A DNA stretch of 64,000 nucleotides from Giardia intestinalis (Eukaryota), in the NCBI GenBank assembly GCA_000002435.2, contig CM018790.1; one strand, given 5' to 3'. Below are positions 1-11,455 of the stretch, in pieces. The notes beneath the pieces were generated by a model. The model searched no databases. It worked only from the letters and a program-made list of their open reading frames with translations, and had not been told where the DNA came from. The first letter of the stretch is position 1; each line of letters opens with the position of its first letter. Made by a program: the position numbers and the translations under genes.

Positions 1-554
1 GGCATGCTCGGAGCAGGAAACTTCACCACTCGTGCGTGTGCCGTTCCGTTTTCCCCCGACACTGAAGGTCGGAAGGGAGAACAATTCTGCCCAGCAAGCT
101 GCTTTGGCTGTGAGAGCCACTCCACTGCACTTCATGTCATTCTCTCAAAGCTTCGGAATCTCGACGCTACCGATCCGTTTGCAATCAGCGCGTCCCTGAA
201 AGGTTGCTGCTACGATCCTGTCCTAGTTATAATGGTCTTTCGACTGGTGCAGGCACTGCGCTTGGCGTCCTTGGGATGAGCTCTCGCGTGGGTGCAAGCT
301 AAAAGCTATACATCTACTCTGACCGGCAATTCGATGCGTCGTTTAATAGACAGCAGAATCTTCTGGCCGTCCGGTGCATCTGCCAGTATTACTACAAGGG
401 GGAGTACACCAAGGTCAAGTAGGCCCGGGCAGTAAATTTGTCGAGATACATGCCTCGGCCGCGCGTCCCCCTGGCGCCCCGCCTCGCAGAGCTCTATGCC
501 GCAGGGACTTCTCGCGTAGGGAAGTGGTGGAAAACCATGGACCATGTTCACATA

Positions 555-2978
555 TTAAACCGCGGCACTACCATCGGATCCTTCCTCTAGCTCTGCCAGT
601 CCCATGGCCTCGTTTGCGTTACGACCGCGGAAGTTTGCATAAGATATGAGTGCTATGGCAGACCTTTCCCGCCTGCCTCGTCGCTTCGTGGGTATATCGA
701 GAGGATGCTTGGGCTTCTTGTTCTTACAACAGAACCGCCACGAGAGGAACCCAATGAGACCTGCAAGCACGCTGAGGACAAGAACTCCGACGACAATTGG
801 AACGTAGGGTTGAATGGCTGTTCTTGCTACGTCGGCCTCGCATGCAAAACTGTCCTTTAGTGTGTAACCTGGATAGCATCTACAGACAGGTACTCTCCCA
901 TTATCCGAGAGACAACGGCCATGTCCACTGCAGACCAGGTTAACGCCACCCGTAGTGGATATGCAGTCTTTGTGGACGCATATGCTATCAACGGTGCTCT
1001 GATAGTTGTCATTGCATGTACAAACGCCCCCTTTGACCACCGTACATCGGCCGTTACCGTTGCACACCGTCCCAAGAGTAAGGCACCCTAGGGGGTAGCA
1101 TACCGTGCCTGACGGCCCCCAGTAGGAATCGCAGATGCAGTAACCCTTATCTCCTTCCTCTTCAACACACCTGCCAGCCCCGTTGCAAACAACGTCTTCA
1201 AAGCCCGGCTCGGAACTGAAGCAATCTTTGACATAGCAGGTTCTGGAGCTTCTGTCCCTTGTGTACCCACTCGAACAATTCTCACACTTTTCCCCGTAGT
1301 GGCCATTCTTACAGACACACTTCTTCTCTGCAGAACATACCCCTCCGCTGTGACAAACAGTTTCTGCCCCGTCCGATTCTTGCGTAATGCACTCCGTTGC
1401 CACACACGGATACACGACGCCTCGGAAGGTGATTGTCTTATATCCAGACTTGCATGTGCAGAAATAGCTATCGCCAGACCTTGTACAGCTTCCGTTGCCT
1501 CCGCATTCCTCGTACTTATTAAAGTCAATGAGGCCAGCACACTCCTTAGGAATGCATCTTCCGGTAAAGAGCTGGACAGCAACATCTTTATCACAAGAGC
1601 AATAAGACTTATTGCCCACTAGATCCATAACGCATGTACCAAACTCATGTCCTCCGCAAACAGTGTCGACGTCGTGACCATTGGCAGACCTTGGGAAGAC
1701 GCACTCCTGTGGAGCACACTGTCTGCCGATTTGCCTGTACTTATTGTCTGTCGTATTTATACATTTGCATATATATCCATTCAGCGCAGTGTTTGGAAGC
1801 TCAGAAACTACACAGGAGGCAACAGTCGGGCCTCCACACACAGACTGGACTGTATGCAAACCGCTTGCTACAGGGACAATGCAGCGCGGGCTGGCACACG
1901 TTCCATTGACTGCAGAGTAGCCAATATCACAAACACACTTTCCATGCACGCATTCACCGACACCACCACAGATCAGAGGATTCTGATCAACGTAATTGAT
2001 GCAGCCTTCTTGGACGCACGTACTCTTAAGGACCCCTGTGATGTCGCGAAGCGTTACTTCGGTAGTGTTGTCTGTGCAGCTACACCTCTTTTCAGAAAGG
2101 GGGGTTCCAGCCTGGCCAAAGCAAGTGCCGAATCCTCCGCACACCTTTGGCTCAGCGAGAGTCGAGTGCACATAGATGCACTTCCTCGGGACACATTGCT
2201 CTCCTGTGCTCACAGCGAGAAAGCCTTCGGAACAAGCACATCCAAACCTCTGCTGCTCCGGTTTGTACACGCAGCCGGCCAGAGCGTCTCCTCCGCAGTA
2301 CACGTTGTCGCGAAGACAATCTTGGTGGATGCATCTCTTATTGAGCAGCGTGAATGGCCCTGAGCAGGCGCATTCGTGGCCACCACCGGCACTCTTCATG
2401 CGACACTCGACGAACGGCGAAAGAGCCCCGCACTCAGAGTATTGCAATTTGCCTCCAACGTACGTCAGAACAGCGCACCCTGTGTGGGTGCAGTAGCCTC
2501 CGTAGCTTTCGGTTTCGTCGGGACACTTACAGCCATAAGAGTTAGTGGTCTCAGTGTATATGCACGACCCTATTCCAGAACATACGTGGCTCAGTCTGTA
2601 TTCCCCAGGAATATGATTGCTTGGCAGGCAATTCACGCTATAGCAGAAACCGCCTATCTTCACAAAGTTCTTGGAACATATGCACGCGTTTGTTGTAGCA
2701 TCCAAAGCGCCAGCTCCTGGGCCACCACAAAATCCTATTGATCTGTGTGCACTTTCATCGGCATACGCAGTCGATAGGACACATGTAGAGACGTAGGTTG
2801 TGAGCAGGCCGCTGCATTGGCAACTCCAGTCGCCGCTTTCCCTCAACAAGCAGCTTTCGCTTCTATTTGTAGCCACATCGTTTGTGACACAATACGTATT
2901 GGGCACTATGCTAGGGCCAGCTAATAAAAATGACGTTACGCTGCATTTACTTCTCCGACGGCGAAAACCCCATTCCAA
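555..2978 (-). CDS. High-cysteine membrane protein (HCMP; VSP-related cysteine-rich type I membrane protein)
   Basis: 807-aa ORF saturated with CxxC/CxC and EGF-like Cys spacing. It has a hydrophobic N-terminal segment and a single C-terminal TM helix (IVVGVLVLSVLAGLIGFLSW). The cytoplasmic tail is long and basic (…KNKKPKHP…), not the CRGKA tail of a VSP. Confidence 0.75.
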   Translation of the reverse strand: MEWGFRRRRSKCSVTSFLLAGPSIVPNTYCVTNDVATNRSESCLLRESGDWSCQCSGLLTTYVSTCVLSTAYADESAHRSIGFCGGPGAGALDATTNACICSKNFVKIGGFCYSVNCLPSNHIPGEYRLSHVCSGIGSCIYTETTNSYGCKCPDETESYGGYCTHTGCAVLTYVGGKLQYSECGALSPFVECRMKSAGGGHECACSGPFTLLNKRCIHQDCLRDNVYCGGDALAGCVYKPEQQRFGCACSEGFLAVSTGEQCVPRKCIYVHSTLAEPKVCGGFGTCFGQAGTPLSEKRCSCTDNTTEVTLRDITGVLKSTCVQEGCINYVDQNPLICGGVGECVHGKCVCDIGYSAVNGTCASPRCIVPVASGLHTVQSVCGGPTVASCVVSELPNTALNGYICKCINTTDNKYRQIGRQCAPQECVFPRSANGHDVDTVCGGHEFGTCVMDLVGNKSYCSCDKDVAVQLFTGRCIPKECAGLIDFNKYEECGGNGSCTRSGDSYFCTCKSGYKTITFRGVVYPCVATECITQESDGAETVCHSGGVCSAEKKCVCKNGHYGEKCENCSSGYTRDRSSRTCYVKDCFSSEPGFEDVVCNGAGRCVEEEGDKGYCICDSYWGPSGTVCYPLGCLTLGTVCNGNGRCTVVKGGVCTCNDNYQSTVDSICVHKDCISTTGGVNLVCSGHGRCLSDNGRVPVCRCYPGYTLKDSFACEADVARTAIQPYVPIVVGVLVLSVLAGLIGFLSWRFCCKNKKPKHPLDIPTKRRGRRERSAIALISYANFRGRNANEAMGLAELEEGSDGSAAV

Positions 2979-3482
2979 GCCGAATTATAATCGAACCGCC
3001 GCTTAAAAGACGTGGAGAACTGCCCACCACATTTCAATGTAGCCTACAAGAACAGACAGGAGGCGACCTCGTTGTTCCTAAATCCTCCGTCACGATGGAC
3101 GGAGATACACTGCTCATCAATGCTCGGGAAAATACCACTCCCGTTGCTTACACCGTGGAGCACATTGGATGGCTAACTCAGGACGCATACGAAGAGCTTC
3201 AGCAAACCGCAGGCCACTGGGACCAGCTTGCCGAGTATAGCAGCGACACGGTCGATCCTGAGGATTCCAACTGTGAAGGAGCACGGGGGAACGACTACCC
3301 TAGCACTCCAACTGATCAAGAAAGTGATATAGAAGAGTGGAGTTAAAATTATACATTGATATAAAATTATACGTGTGATATTCTGTATGGCGCTCCACTT
3401 ACCTTTCGTCATACGCCGGCCTATACGTTCATTCGCCTCTGTGCGTCTCGCTTAGCTTGCAAGAGATTTTGGATGATAAAAA

Positions 3483-6215
3483 ATGCCAGTGTCGGCTTCT
3501 GTAGCCGGTAGATGTTTGTCTCTTTACGGCGCTCTGATGGACCACCGAGTAGCGTTTAAGGTCCCTCGGCTGCTATACAAGGATTTTCTCTGCGCCCTTT
3601 TGGGTGAACGCCACCAGGACCAGATACTACTCTCTGTCATCGTCTTCCGTGTTCTGCGTAAGGCTGCAATAAAAACTGGCGTCATTGGTGCTCTGACTAC
3701 TTTAGTGCGCTATTATGCCAATACAAACTCACGTGTGATAGCCAATCAGAAGGTTCTGACCAGACTTGAGAAAGCTGACTGGCAGTTTTACAAGCTCCCA
3801 TTTACGGATAGAGCCGAAATACTTGACGCGGTTTTTTCTGCAACACTCGTGATGTGCCGTTCTGGAGACACCGTGGACGCCCAAGGTGCTCTGATTTCCA
3901 GGCAGCCTGCAGGGATTAAGATTTCAAACATGAAGTGCATTGGATACGACGCTCTGTCTGCAGAATACTACATTCTTGGAGGCACAAATTACATCATAAA
4001 AGTCGACTTCACGGATACGAGCCCAAGTGAAGATCTGCCCTCTTCAGATCCCGTAATACACAGGCTTTCTGTCTCTGACACGACTACAACCGCACCACGT
4101 AGCTTTGAGCGTGCAGTCCTTATTGAGCCAATCTCATTTGTTTTGGATGCGCCTCTCCTCCTTTGCGATCCTGACTTCAACATTTCCTTAAAGCACTATA
4201 GGGTGCTAGACGAATCTGTTGATGCATATATCGACCCGCTAACCAACGAAAAGGAGGAGCCAGCGAATAGTGCAGAGGATCCTATTGAGCCCCAATCGCC
4301 TTCTCATGTATCCGAAGGGGCTATAGATTCAGTAAGTCTGCGGTCCAGCGCGTCGAGTGACGACTCCTACTATTCATCAGAAGGAGACGACGATTATCAC
4401 ACAACTGACAGTAGTAGATGGGGCAACTCTGACCCTACTGCTCAGAGGAGCCTTATTTCCAAAATTCCCGGTCAGTACAATCTTGTGTTTAGTAAGTTCC
4501 GTCGGAAACTACTTACCGATCGCTTCTTTTCGTATTATGGACATATTCAAGGAAGATATGTGGAGATCTCCAATAGCACATCACTCCACGGCTTTCTTCT
4601 AAACTTTTATGATTCCATGATTACTAAGGAGCAAATTGAAACATTGGTTACATCTTTTGTTGCCGCGCCTACTGACAATCCTCCCTCGGATATCCCTTGG
4701 GCTCCGTTGGCTCTACGCACTAGCAAATCCATTGCTGACACTTCCGTGGATACTGCTTCCATGCTGCTTGAAGCCTTTGTCCCCCACTCGAGTTCAGCTT
4801 ATCTCGGGCTGATTCAGACTGCCGGCCTCCGTCTTCTTGACCTGGCTGTATCCCCTTTTGCCTCTCATCTCAATGTATTGTCACAGGCCCTGTTCACCTC
4901 AAGTACTATGGAAAGTCTTCTACCAATGCAAGAGGAAAGAGAGTTTTATGCAGAGCTCCGAAACACACAGATGCAAAGCGAGCCTGTGGCCTCTCGCTTT
5001 GCTTACATGGCGCAGTTACCACTCTCATCGCTCTCTGCCACTTGTAGCGCAAAGCAAATATCCACTGCCCATCGGCTAACATCGTTACTATTTGTGGACG
5101 CATTTCCTGAGGAAAGCAACCACTTTGTTCACTATTTGGGTAAAACTCATGAGCACTTGGACGACGAGCAACCAAAGGACCGAAAGCGAAGTGCTGCCTT
5201 AAATTTGGGTCCGGCAGCAAAGATGCGCGAAACTGAACGAATAGAAAGTAGACGTGCATTACTCGAACAACTGAAACACGAATTAAACCCTGAAAGTAGC
5301 AACCTGATATTAAAAATGCTTTCGGAGGTACGCGGCGGTTGGTTCCAGAAAGAGTGCATAGCTGAGGGGAAGGATAAAGATAGTGAGCCAACGCGCAAGC
5401 GCAAGTTGTCGATGGACCAAGGTGCAACTTGCCACTTAGCAGGAGACAAGGAGCCCAATGCTGTCAGCGCCAAGAATCGCATTCCGTCCATTACAGTGTT
5501 TTCGTTTACAAACGAGGCTGAGCTAGATAACTACATTCGCTTTTTAGAAGTTCAAACGTTTCACCACATCCTCTCAGAAATTGTCGCATTTTATGTTTCT
5601 ACGGCAGACAATGACAACATTTATGTACACAGGTCCTTTAGCCAACAGCGTGAAAAGTTTCTCTCTCGCTATAACCCCGTCCTCAACTTGCTAGTTGCGC
5701 TAAACACGGAGTACCGCATGTGTCTGCGAGAGGTGCGCCAGGATTTCACTGCTGCTAAGCAGTCTATGGGCATCCGATTTATGCCAGAGCATGTCGGGTT
5801 TCTCCACAAGTTTCCATACTATTATTGGAACATGCAAACGCTCCCATTACAAGACATTACGTTAGCAAGCTTGTGGTCGTTTATGCGAATATGGGGAATT
5901 TTAGATCCCGCTACTTCAGAGGCCGGGGATAACTTTCTAGATAGTCCAGACGGTCAGCATTGCAACGCCATAATCACGTCTCTCATTCAGGAGCTTGGAA
6001 TTGAAAACCCAGAGTTTCTCAACTCGGCTGAGTCAGACACGTTAGACAGCGAAGAGACGCACAATAGTAATAGTAATGGTGACGAAAGTAGCAAGGAGTC
6101 AGAATACATCCCGACAGACGCCACCAAGCGTCAGCTTAAACGGCTAGCAAAGTCGCAGAAGAAAATGGTCAGCGATAGCAGCTACATGAGTTATGATGGC
6201 GAGTCCAGCTCGTAA
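3483..6215 (+). CDS. Hypothetical protein, 910 aa, with Ser/Asp/Glu-rich segments
   Basis: Long uninterrupted ORF with coding-like composition. No motif I recognise. Its 3' end overlaps the convergent RhoGAP gene by 25 nt. Confidence 0.5.
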   Translation: MPVSASVAGRCLSLYGALMDHRVAFKVPRLLYKDFLCALLGERHQDQILLSVIVFRVLRKAAIKTGVIGALTTLVRYYANTNSRVIANQKVLTRLEKADWQFYKLPFTDRAEILDAVFSATLVMCRSGDTVDAQGALISRQPAGIKISNMKCIGYDALSAEYYILGGTNYIIKVDFTDTSPSEDLPSSDPVIHRLSVSDTTTTAPRSFERAVLIEPISFVLDAPLLLCDPDFNISLKHYRVLDESVDAYIDPLTNEKEEPANSAEDPIEPQSPSHVSEGAIDSVSLRSSASSDDSYYSSEGDDDYHTTDSSRWGNSDPTAQRSLISKIPGQYNLVFSKFRRKLLTDRFFSYYGHIQGRYVEISNSTSLHGFLLNFYDSMITKEQIETLVTSFVAAPTDNPPSDIPWAPLALRTSKSIADTSVDTASMLLEAFVPHSSSAYLGLIQTAGLRLLDLAVSPFASHLNVLSQALFTSSTMESLLPMQEEREFYAELRNTQMQSEPVASRFAYMAQLPLSSLSATCSAKQISTAHRLTSLLFVDAFPEESNHFVHYLGKTHEHLDDEQPKDRKRSAALNLGPAAKMRETERIESRRALLEQLKHELNPESSNLILKMLSEVRGGWFQKECIAEGKDKDSEPTRKRKLSMDQGATCHLAGDKEPNAVSAKNRIPSITVFSFTNEAELDNYIRFLEVQTFHHILSEIVAFYVSTADNDNIYVHRSFSQQREKFLSRYNPVLNLLVALNTEYRMCLREVRQDFTAAKQSMGIRFMPEHVGFLHKFPYYYWNMQTLPLQDITLASLWSFMRIWGILDPATSEAGDNFLDSPDGQHCNAIITSLIQELGIENPEFLNSAESDTLDSEETHNSNSNGDESSKESEYIPTDATKRQLKRLAKSQKKMVSDSSYMSYDGESSS

Positions 6216-8107
6216 CGTGCTAAAGACTCAGCAAGACAAAACAGCTCGTTGTGCTGCAAACACGCTAGGTCCACCCAACCTTGACGAGGGCCGGTGTCAA
6301 CGAGAGCCCACTTCCCTTCTGTTCGCACTAAAGCGACTATCTCGTTTTGCCGTATCTTGATGCAGCTAATGGAATTGGATATTCCAATGTAATCTGCCGG
6401 ATCGAAAGTGGCTAGGACATAAACCAATATGCCCTGCATACTAGTATGTTTGGCCCTGTGCATCCGTTTGCATCTGGGCAAGGGGATTGCGGGATCAAAG
6501 AATGGGATCCCAATGGCGTTGTAATATTTTTCGAAGAGCGGCCAGTTTGTAAACAAAAACTCAGTTACCTTTTGGCTCACGCTTATTGAAAAGTTGTTGT
6601 TGGGGTCATTCAAGATGCACATGTAAAAGACCTGTTTAAAGCTTTGCGGAGTCATTTTGGTAACATCGATGGCGTCCATTATGTGGCAGCAGAGTATCAT
6701 TATGCTCCGAAGCAAAATGAAACGAGACAAGGGCAGAACCCTGAAGATGAACTCTGCAGCTATTTCTCCCTTGTTCTCGCGAGTGCATGGATTTCCAGAT
6801 ACAAACGATCTTGCAGAGGAACTGCTGTGTTGGATGTGGTTTATGGGCATGACTGAGGAGGGGCTTCCTTTGCAATCTTCCAAGAGGAGCTCAGTGCTAT
6901 TGTCTGTTGAACCACAACCTTCGTCGGTCCCCGTTATATCATCCACCATCTGCTGTGTGTGATAGTATGGGCCAACGCCGTAAGATCCCAGTGGGTTGTA
7001 TTCATAGGACTGATACGTATCATCTTCTTGTGCAACATCCACATGGGAAGAATTTGTATCCAGTTCTTTGCTCATGCTATCGTTGGCAGCATTGGAAGTC
7101 GTTGAGAAACCAAGTGATGTTCTATCACACACAACCTGATCGGTAACAATCTTCGTTTGCTCAGATAGAGCTGAGTCTAGCATAGGTGATGGCTGAAGAC
7201 TAAACGTCTCCGGTTCCTCGGCGAGCTCCTCGTGTGTGCCTTCAGAACTAAATAAAGAGCTTGCTGCTGAAGATTCCACAGAGTCCTCACCAAAGAGAAA
7301 TGCGTATTTCTCCTGAGCACCTAGGTCCATGCCTGCAGTTTTGGAGAGAACTCCGTCAACTAATAAATTCAAACTTCCAACATCTCGTCGACAAACGGTA
7401 TAGTCAAAACCCTGGCTAAAAACCTGTGAATGCACGTCAGGGAAATCCGTGGCCTGGAGAACAGTGCTATCCTTGTACTTAAGAAGAAGTCCGTTAAACT
7501 GAGTCCAAAGCCTAGGCGGAATAATGGACTCGGGAAGCTTTTTAAGGTAGAACTTGATGGCATCCGCAACGGAGTGTGCAGTAATGCCAGGGACATGTTC
7601 AAAATTGATAGACCCAGCTCGAGCAACATGCGCCATTATCCAGCTTTCCATACGCTTATCTCCACTACATCGGAAAATTCCCTCAACTGCGTATCGACGA
7701 TCCCTAAGCAGGTAATTGATGGCGTTTTCAACAAAACGCGTGAGGCATCTGTTTTCTAGCCATAGCTGATCTTCGTAAGATAGCTCATAGAGAGGCCTAG
7801 TTCCCCGGCTCAACATAACAGTATATGTGGATGGTAGCCACCCGCAGTCACCTGCTTCTCTCTTGCGCCCATATATCCACGTCCTCTGAGGACTCACGCA
7901 ATTCTCCGGTTCATATATAACATCAATTACGTCTCCGACGACGGCTGTTAGATACTGTGCACTGTCTATCATGGACGGAAGATGCTCTTTTAAAAAATCC
8001 CGGACCACGACAACGCTGTGCGATGTGTGGACAGAGTTCTGAGACATTTTATTTTGCAGAATTAGGAATGTCTGCCTAAGGCCAATACCTGCTTGCAGCT
8101 CATACAA
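6191..8107 (-). CDS. SH3 domain plus RhoGAP domain protein (Rho/Rac GTPase-activating protein)
   Basis: N-terminal SH3-like signature (VVVVRDF…GDVIDVIYEPEN…WIYGRK…GWLPSTYTVML). Central RhoGAP core with the arginine-finger motif (EGIFRCSGDKRMESW…KFYLKKLPESIIPPRLW). The listed start overlaps the 3' end of the upstream gene; the real start is probably the internal Met at about 8047 (MSQNSVH…). Confidence 0.75.
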   Translation of the reverse strand: MYELQAGIGLRQTFLILQNKMSQNSVHTSHSVVVVRDFLKEHLPSMIDSAQYLTAVVGDVIDVIYEPENCVSPQRTWIYGRKREAGDCGWLPSTYTVMLSRGTRPLYELSYEDQLWLENRCLTRFVENAINYLLRDRRYAVEGIFRCSGDKRMESWIMAHVARAGSINFEHVPGITAHSVADAIKFYLKKLPESIIPPRLWTQFNGLLLKYKDSTVLQATDFPDVHSQVFSQGFDYTVCRRDVGSLNLLVDGVLSKTAGMDLGAQEKYAFLFGEDSVESSAASSLFSSEGTHEELAEEPETFSLQPSPMLDSALSEQTKIVTDQVVCDRTSLGFSTTSNAANDSMSKELDTNSSHVDVAQEDDTYQSYEYNPLGSYGVGPYYHTQQMVDDITGTDEGCGSTDNSTELLLEDCKGSPSSVMPINHIQHSSSSARSFVSGNPCTRENKGEIAAEFIFRVLPLSRFILLRSIMILCCHIMDAIDVTKMTPQSFKQVFYMCILNDPNNNFSISVSQKVTEFLFTNWPLFEKYYNAIGIPFFDPAIPLPRCKRMHRAKHTSMQGILVYVLATFDPADYIGISNSISCIKIRQNEIVALVRTEGKWALVDTGPRQGWVDLACLQHNELFCLAESLARYELDSPS

Positions 8108-10602
8108 TGGGTAGCTTCATCGACATCGCTGGAAACGCTGTACTCGACCTTTCCACAAAGAGCGCACTTGATGGGTCTGCTTGCTGACTTAGCTTTAGAG
8201 AGTATGTCGAAGTAATTAACCACATCCTTGTAGTTAGCTGGCGTCTTATTACGTAGGAAGTTGGCCTGGTTCTGCTCCAGAAACCCGGAATCGGTGCTTG
8301 GGTGCCTGTACAGTACTTCTAGGTTCCCGTCCAATACATGTCTTCGAGTGACGGGCTTGGTCTGTTGTGAGCATGGAAGTTCATTCTCTCTAGCAATGTG
8401 TTTCTCAGTGAGGCATTGCTTTGTGAGTTCTTGCTCTCGAATATGGGCTTCGACTTCGTCTTGCGTAACAACGATAGGCTTGTAACGGTAGGGCTTTCCT
8501 TCCTCCTTTATTGGAGCATCGACGTCATAATGCCCAGAGCTAGTCATGAGATAGTGATCACCTGCCGATCTGAACGTCTTCCTTAACTCACAACACTCGC
8601 TACTAGATTCAGATGAGATCGAAGGTGTAACCTCTTTCAGCTGAGCTACTTCATTGGAGACCTCTTTCTCAGCCTTAGAGTTTGTTACTTGGGGAATTGC
8701 TGCCACGATCCGTGATGGAATGCTAGGCTGTTTTTCTGTATGTATTATAGAGGCAGAACTCAACACCATGCTATCTGGCAATTTCTTCATTGCCTGCACA
8801 GATCGAATAGACATCAGTGGCTTCGACTGTACTAATCGCCCAGACTCGTCTATCCTTTCTATATTTCCTAGCTCCGCTAGCTGCTCGTCAATTAGGCTTT
8901 TAATGTAGAGCTTATTGAGGTAGAGATCTGACTGGACTCTATTGTACTCTTCCTGCTTCCTTTCGACGTGCTGAATCAAAGCTGGATCGAATCTTATGTT
9001 GCGCTGTTTCCCTGTGGTGCTTTGTGTCTTTGCCTTGACTGTTTTTGAATGAGGTTGCGTCTGGTTATATTGGTACGGCGAATGTTTGAGAAGCGCGTTT
9101 GTTTGCTGTTCATAAATTAGGCTTCTCATGTCATTCGTAGAAAGACCAACGGAATTTGCCGAGTTTGGTCGCATCTTTGGAATCTCCACGTCTTTGCCTA
9201 GTTGTTTGAGATCTGCCTGGATCTTTTCATGGTTAAGTTGTCGCTCTCCTGAGAATAGTCCATTATTTCGGAGATTGACTAGTTCTTTCTCAAATTCTGT
9301 CTCTATATTTGTGAGTTCTTTAGTGCTCATAGTTAGGAGTTTCTTGCAAAAAGTAGAAACATCGTATCCCATGTTCTTCAGTCGCTGCATGTCTTCATGA
9401 GTAAGGTTGAGATCTGGATAGTCGTCTTGATTGTCTGTCTTGCTAGTTAACCCCTGCTTTAGTTTCTGCTGCTCTGCAGCAAGAATGACCAACTGCTTGC
9501 AAAATTTCCGATACGCCTTGATATCCAGCTGCATCTCTCTATCGTTTTGTGCACTGTTGATTAGAAATCCCTTAGAATTAAACTGACTTTTCTGCTGAGA
9601 AGTTATATGCAAAAGCCCCTGGGTATAGCGGCTTCTGGGTAGTTTTTGCTGCTGTAAATTCGTGGAGTAGAGGGGGCGCATGCAGCGATCTTTTGTGCCA
9701 GTGCAATCTCTGCTGTTTGCTGGAACAGGGATGGTATTACAATGAGAGGTGTCCTGGCCTTTACTTGCCGGTGTCTTTGCGCTTGATCTATCGGGATGGT
9801 TACGACTATCTTTGATGGAACTAGCAAATGAAATATCGGTAGTTTCAGAACATTCCTTCTCAGAAGTATCAGAAGCATCCATTTTCAAAGGCCGAATTCT
9901 CTTGTTTCTTTGCTGGGGCATTATGGTCTCTGACTGATCCTCCGGTCTCGGGAATGTGGGTAAGTCGGCACCTGGAGCAGGCGAGTACGGAACTAGGCTA
10001 GGTGAAAGGGCTAGAGAATCCCTGCGGTCTAGAGACTCACGAGAATCAGGCGCTTGCAGTGCCAAGGGTTCAGTGGGTAATATCGCAACTGGAGCCATTG
10101 CAGGCCTATCTGGGTCGACATAAACAGTTAACTCTTTGGAATCACCCTTCCTAAGCGAGGAAGCCGTTACCTTTGAATGCTCGGCAGCGCAAGGCGCCCT
10201 TCTGCCTCTGACAGTCAGGTCTATCGCTTCTGGCCCAAAAGAGCGAGAAGTTTGGAGGGAATCTTTTGCCATGTGCTTATCTGAACTGAATATAAGCGCA
10301 GCGCTTTGAAACTGCTTAGACTGTGCTGCACTGAGCGGCCGTACAGATGACTGTCCAGCCACTCTACTAGGCTGAACCGTTATCTTTGCAGATTTTCCAC
10401 TACGTGGTTGGCGTGCAGGAAAGATATTGGTCATTACACTGCCGCTTGTCCCCGGACGATAGGACGAAGTTCCCCCCAGCGAATCGCGTCGATTTGCATA
10501 TCTCTGCCGCCGCGCCTCTGCCTTCTCGTAAAGTATTTCTCCTATGCGTTGCGGCGCTACAAAATAGGAGCTAGCCATCAACGCAACGACAAGAGCTTTC
10601 AA
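8062..10602 (-). CDS. Hypothetical coiled-coil protein, 846 aa, with a C-terminal Cys4 zinc-ribbon-like motif
   Basis: Long ORF with heptad-rich Q/K/E regions. C-terminus reads CALCGKVEYSV…HCMSCKQV (CxxC…CxxC). Confidence 0.5.
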   Translation of the reverse strand: MKALVVALMASSYFVAPQRIGEILYEKAEARRQRYANRRDSLGGTSSYRPGTSGSVMTNIFPARQPRSGKSAKITVQPSRVAGQSSVRPLSAAQSKQFQSAALIFSSDKHMAKDSLQTSRSFGPEAIDLTVRGRRAPCAAEHSKVTASSLRKGDSKELTVYVDPDRPAMAPVAILPTEPLALQAPDSRESLDRRDSLALSPSLVPYSPAPGADLPTFPRPEDQSETIMPQQRNKRIRPLKMDASDTSEKECSETTDISFASSIKDSRNHPDRSSAKTPASKGQDTSHCNTIPVPANSRDCTGTKDRCMRPLYSTNLQQQKLPRSRYTQGLLHITSQQKSQFNSKGFLINSAQNDREMQLDIKAYRKFCKQLVILAAEQQKLKQGLTSKTDNQDDYPDLNLTHEDMQRLKNMGYDVSTFCKKLLTMSTKELTNIETEFEKELVNLRNNGLFSGERQLNHEKIQADLKQLGKDVEIPKMRPNSANSVGLSTNDMRSLIYEQQTNALLKHSPYQYNQTQPHSKTVKAKTQSTTGKQRNIRFDPALIQHVERKQEEYNRVQSDLYLNKLYIKSLIDEQLAELGNIERIDESGRLVQSKPLMSIRSVQAMKKLPDSMVLSSASIIHTEKQPSIPSRIVAAIPQVTNSKAEKEVSNEVAQLKEVTPSISSESSSECCELRKTFRSAGDHYLMTSSGHYDVDAPIKEEGKPYRYKPIVVTQDEVEAHIREQELTKQCLTEKHIARENELPCSQQTKPVTRRHVLDGNLEVLYRHPSTDSGFLEQNQANFLRNKTPANYKDVVNYFDILSKAKSASRPIKCALCGKVEYSVSSDVDEATHCMSCKQVLALGRHS

Positions 10603-10881
10603 AGCGAAAATTTATCGCATAGGAGCACAAAGAAGACCGTTTACATAGTCTAAAGGGAGCTTCTTTTACCAGCAGAGAAATAGATTCTGCTGCCAGCGTT
10701 ACGATTACTTGAAAATCCCGGCCTGTGCTAAGTCGTAAAAAGCGTGATAAACAATAGCTCCATCTGCTAACTCCATCGTGACACTCCCACCAAAATCCCC
10801 TACAACGGAAAATACAGACTCGATATCGATTAGCTGCTCTTCCTCTGTCATGGGTCTTTTTGTTTAGAAGGCATGCTCTTC

Positions 10882-11382
10882 TCAGCAAGCAAAGCTCTCT
10901 GTGATTTCATTTTGAAGCTCAACGCGAAGGTGTAAGGGGTGGACCATTGCGTTGTGAGCAGGAATGAGCTCAACTGTGACATTATATCCAATCAAAGACA
11001 GGGCCCCACGAATTGCCCCGCAAACTATTTGCGAATAAACTAAACGGTCCAGCTGAGCAGGGAGCTTCACATATTTCTCGAGCGGATTGTTTTCAACGAA
11101 AATGGTGTAGGCACTACATTCGGGCTCACAGCCTGTAATGGTACCGGAGGCGCAGCCCAGAAACATTTTTAGACCACCTAGCACACCAGTGGCTGTGTGG
11201 TGGAACTTTGTGCAGATAGAAGATGAGTTTGCCAAGTACTCGTCGACACACCGTTGTCCGATGTTGAAGCCCATCCTGTCCAGCTCCTTTGTGACCATTC
11301 CTGGGTCATGAAGTTCCTCTAAGAGAGATGTGACAATAGCCCCATAGGTTACGGCAAAGAACTCAGCGTTGAAACCAACCAT
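10882..11382 (-). CDS. BET3: TRAPP complex subunit Bet3 (TRAPPC3)
   Basis: 166 aa. Collinear match to Bet3/TRAPPC3: EFFAVTYGAIV ~ ELFTLTYGALV; LDRMGFNIGQRCVDEYLA ~ LDKMGYNIGVRLIEDFLA; FVENNPLEKYVKLP ~ ILENNPLVDFVELP; YSQIVCGAIRGALSLIGY ~ YSNLLCGVLRGALEMV. Confidence 0.85.
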   Translation of the reverse strand: MVGFNAEFFAVTYGAIVTSLLEELHDPGMVTKELDRMGFNIGQRCVDEYLANSSSICTKFHHTATGVLGGLKMFLGCASGTITGCEPECSAYTIFVENNPLEKYVKLPAQLDRLVYSQIVCGAIRGALSLIGYNVTVELIPAHNAMVHPLHLRVELQNEITESFAC

Positions 11383-11455
11383 TTTAAAGTGAGCTCGTCA
11401 AGAACGCTATTGTAGGTCCTGCAACTCCCCATGTATCTTGTTTACTATCTAGAGC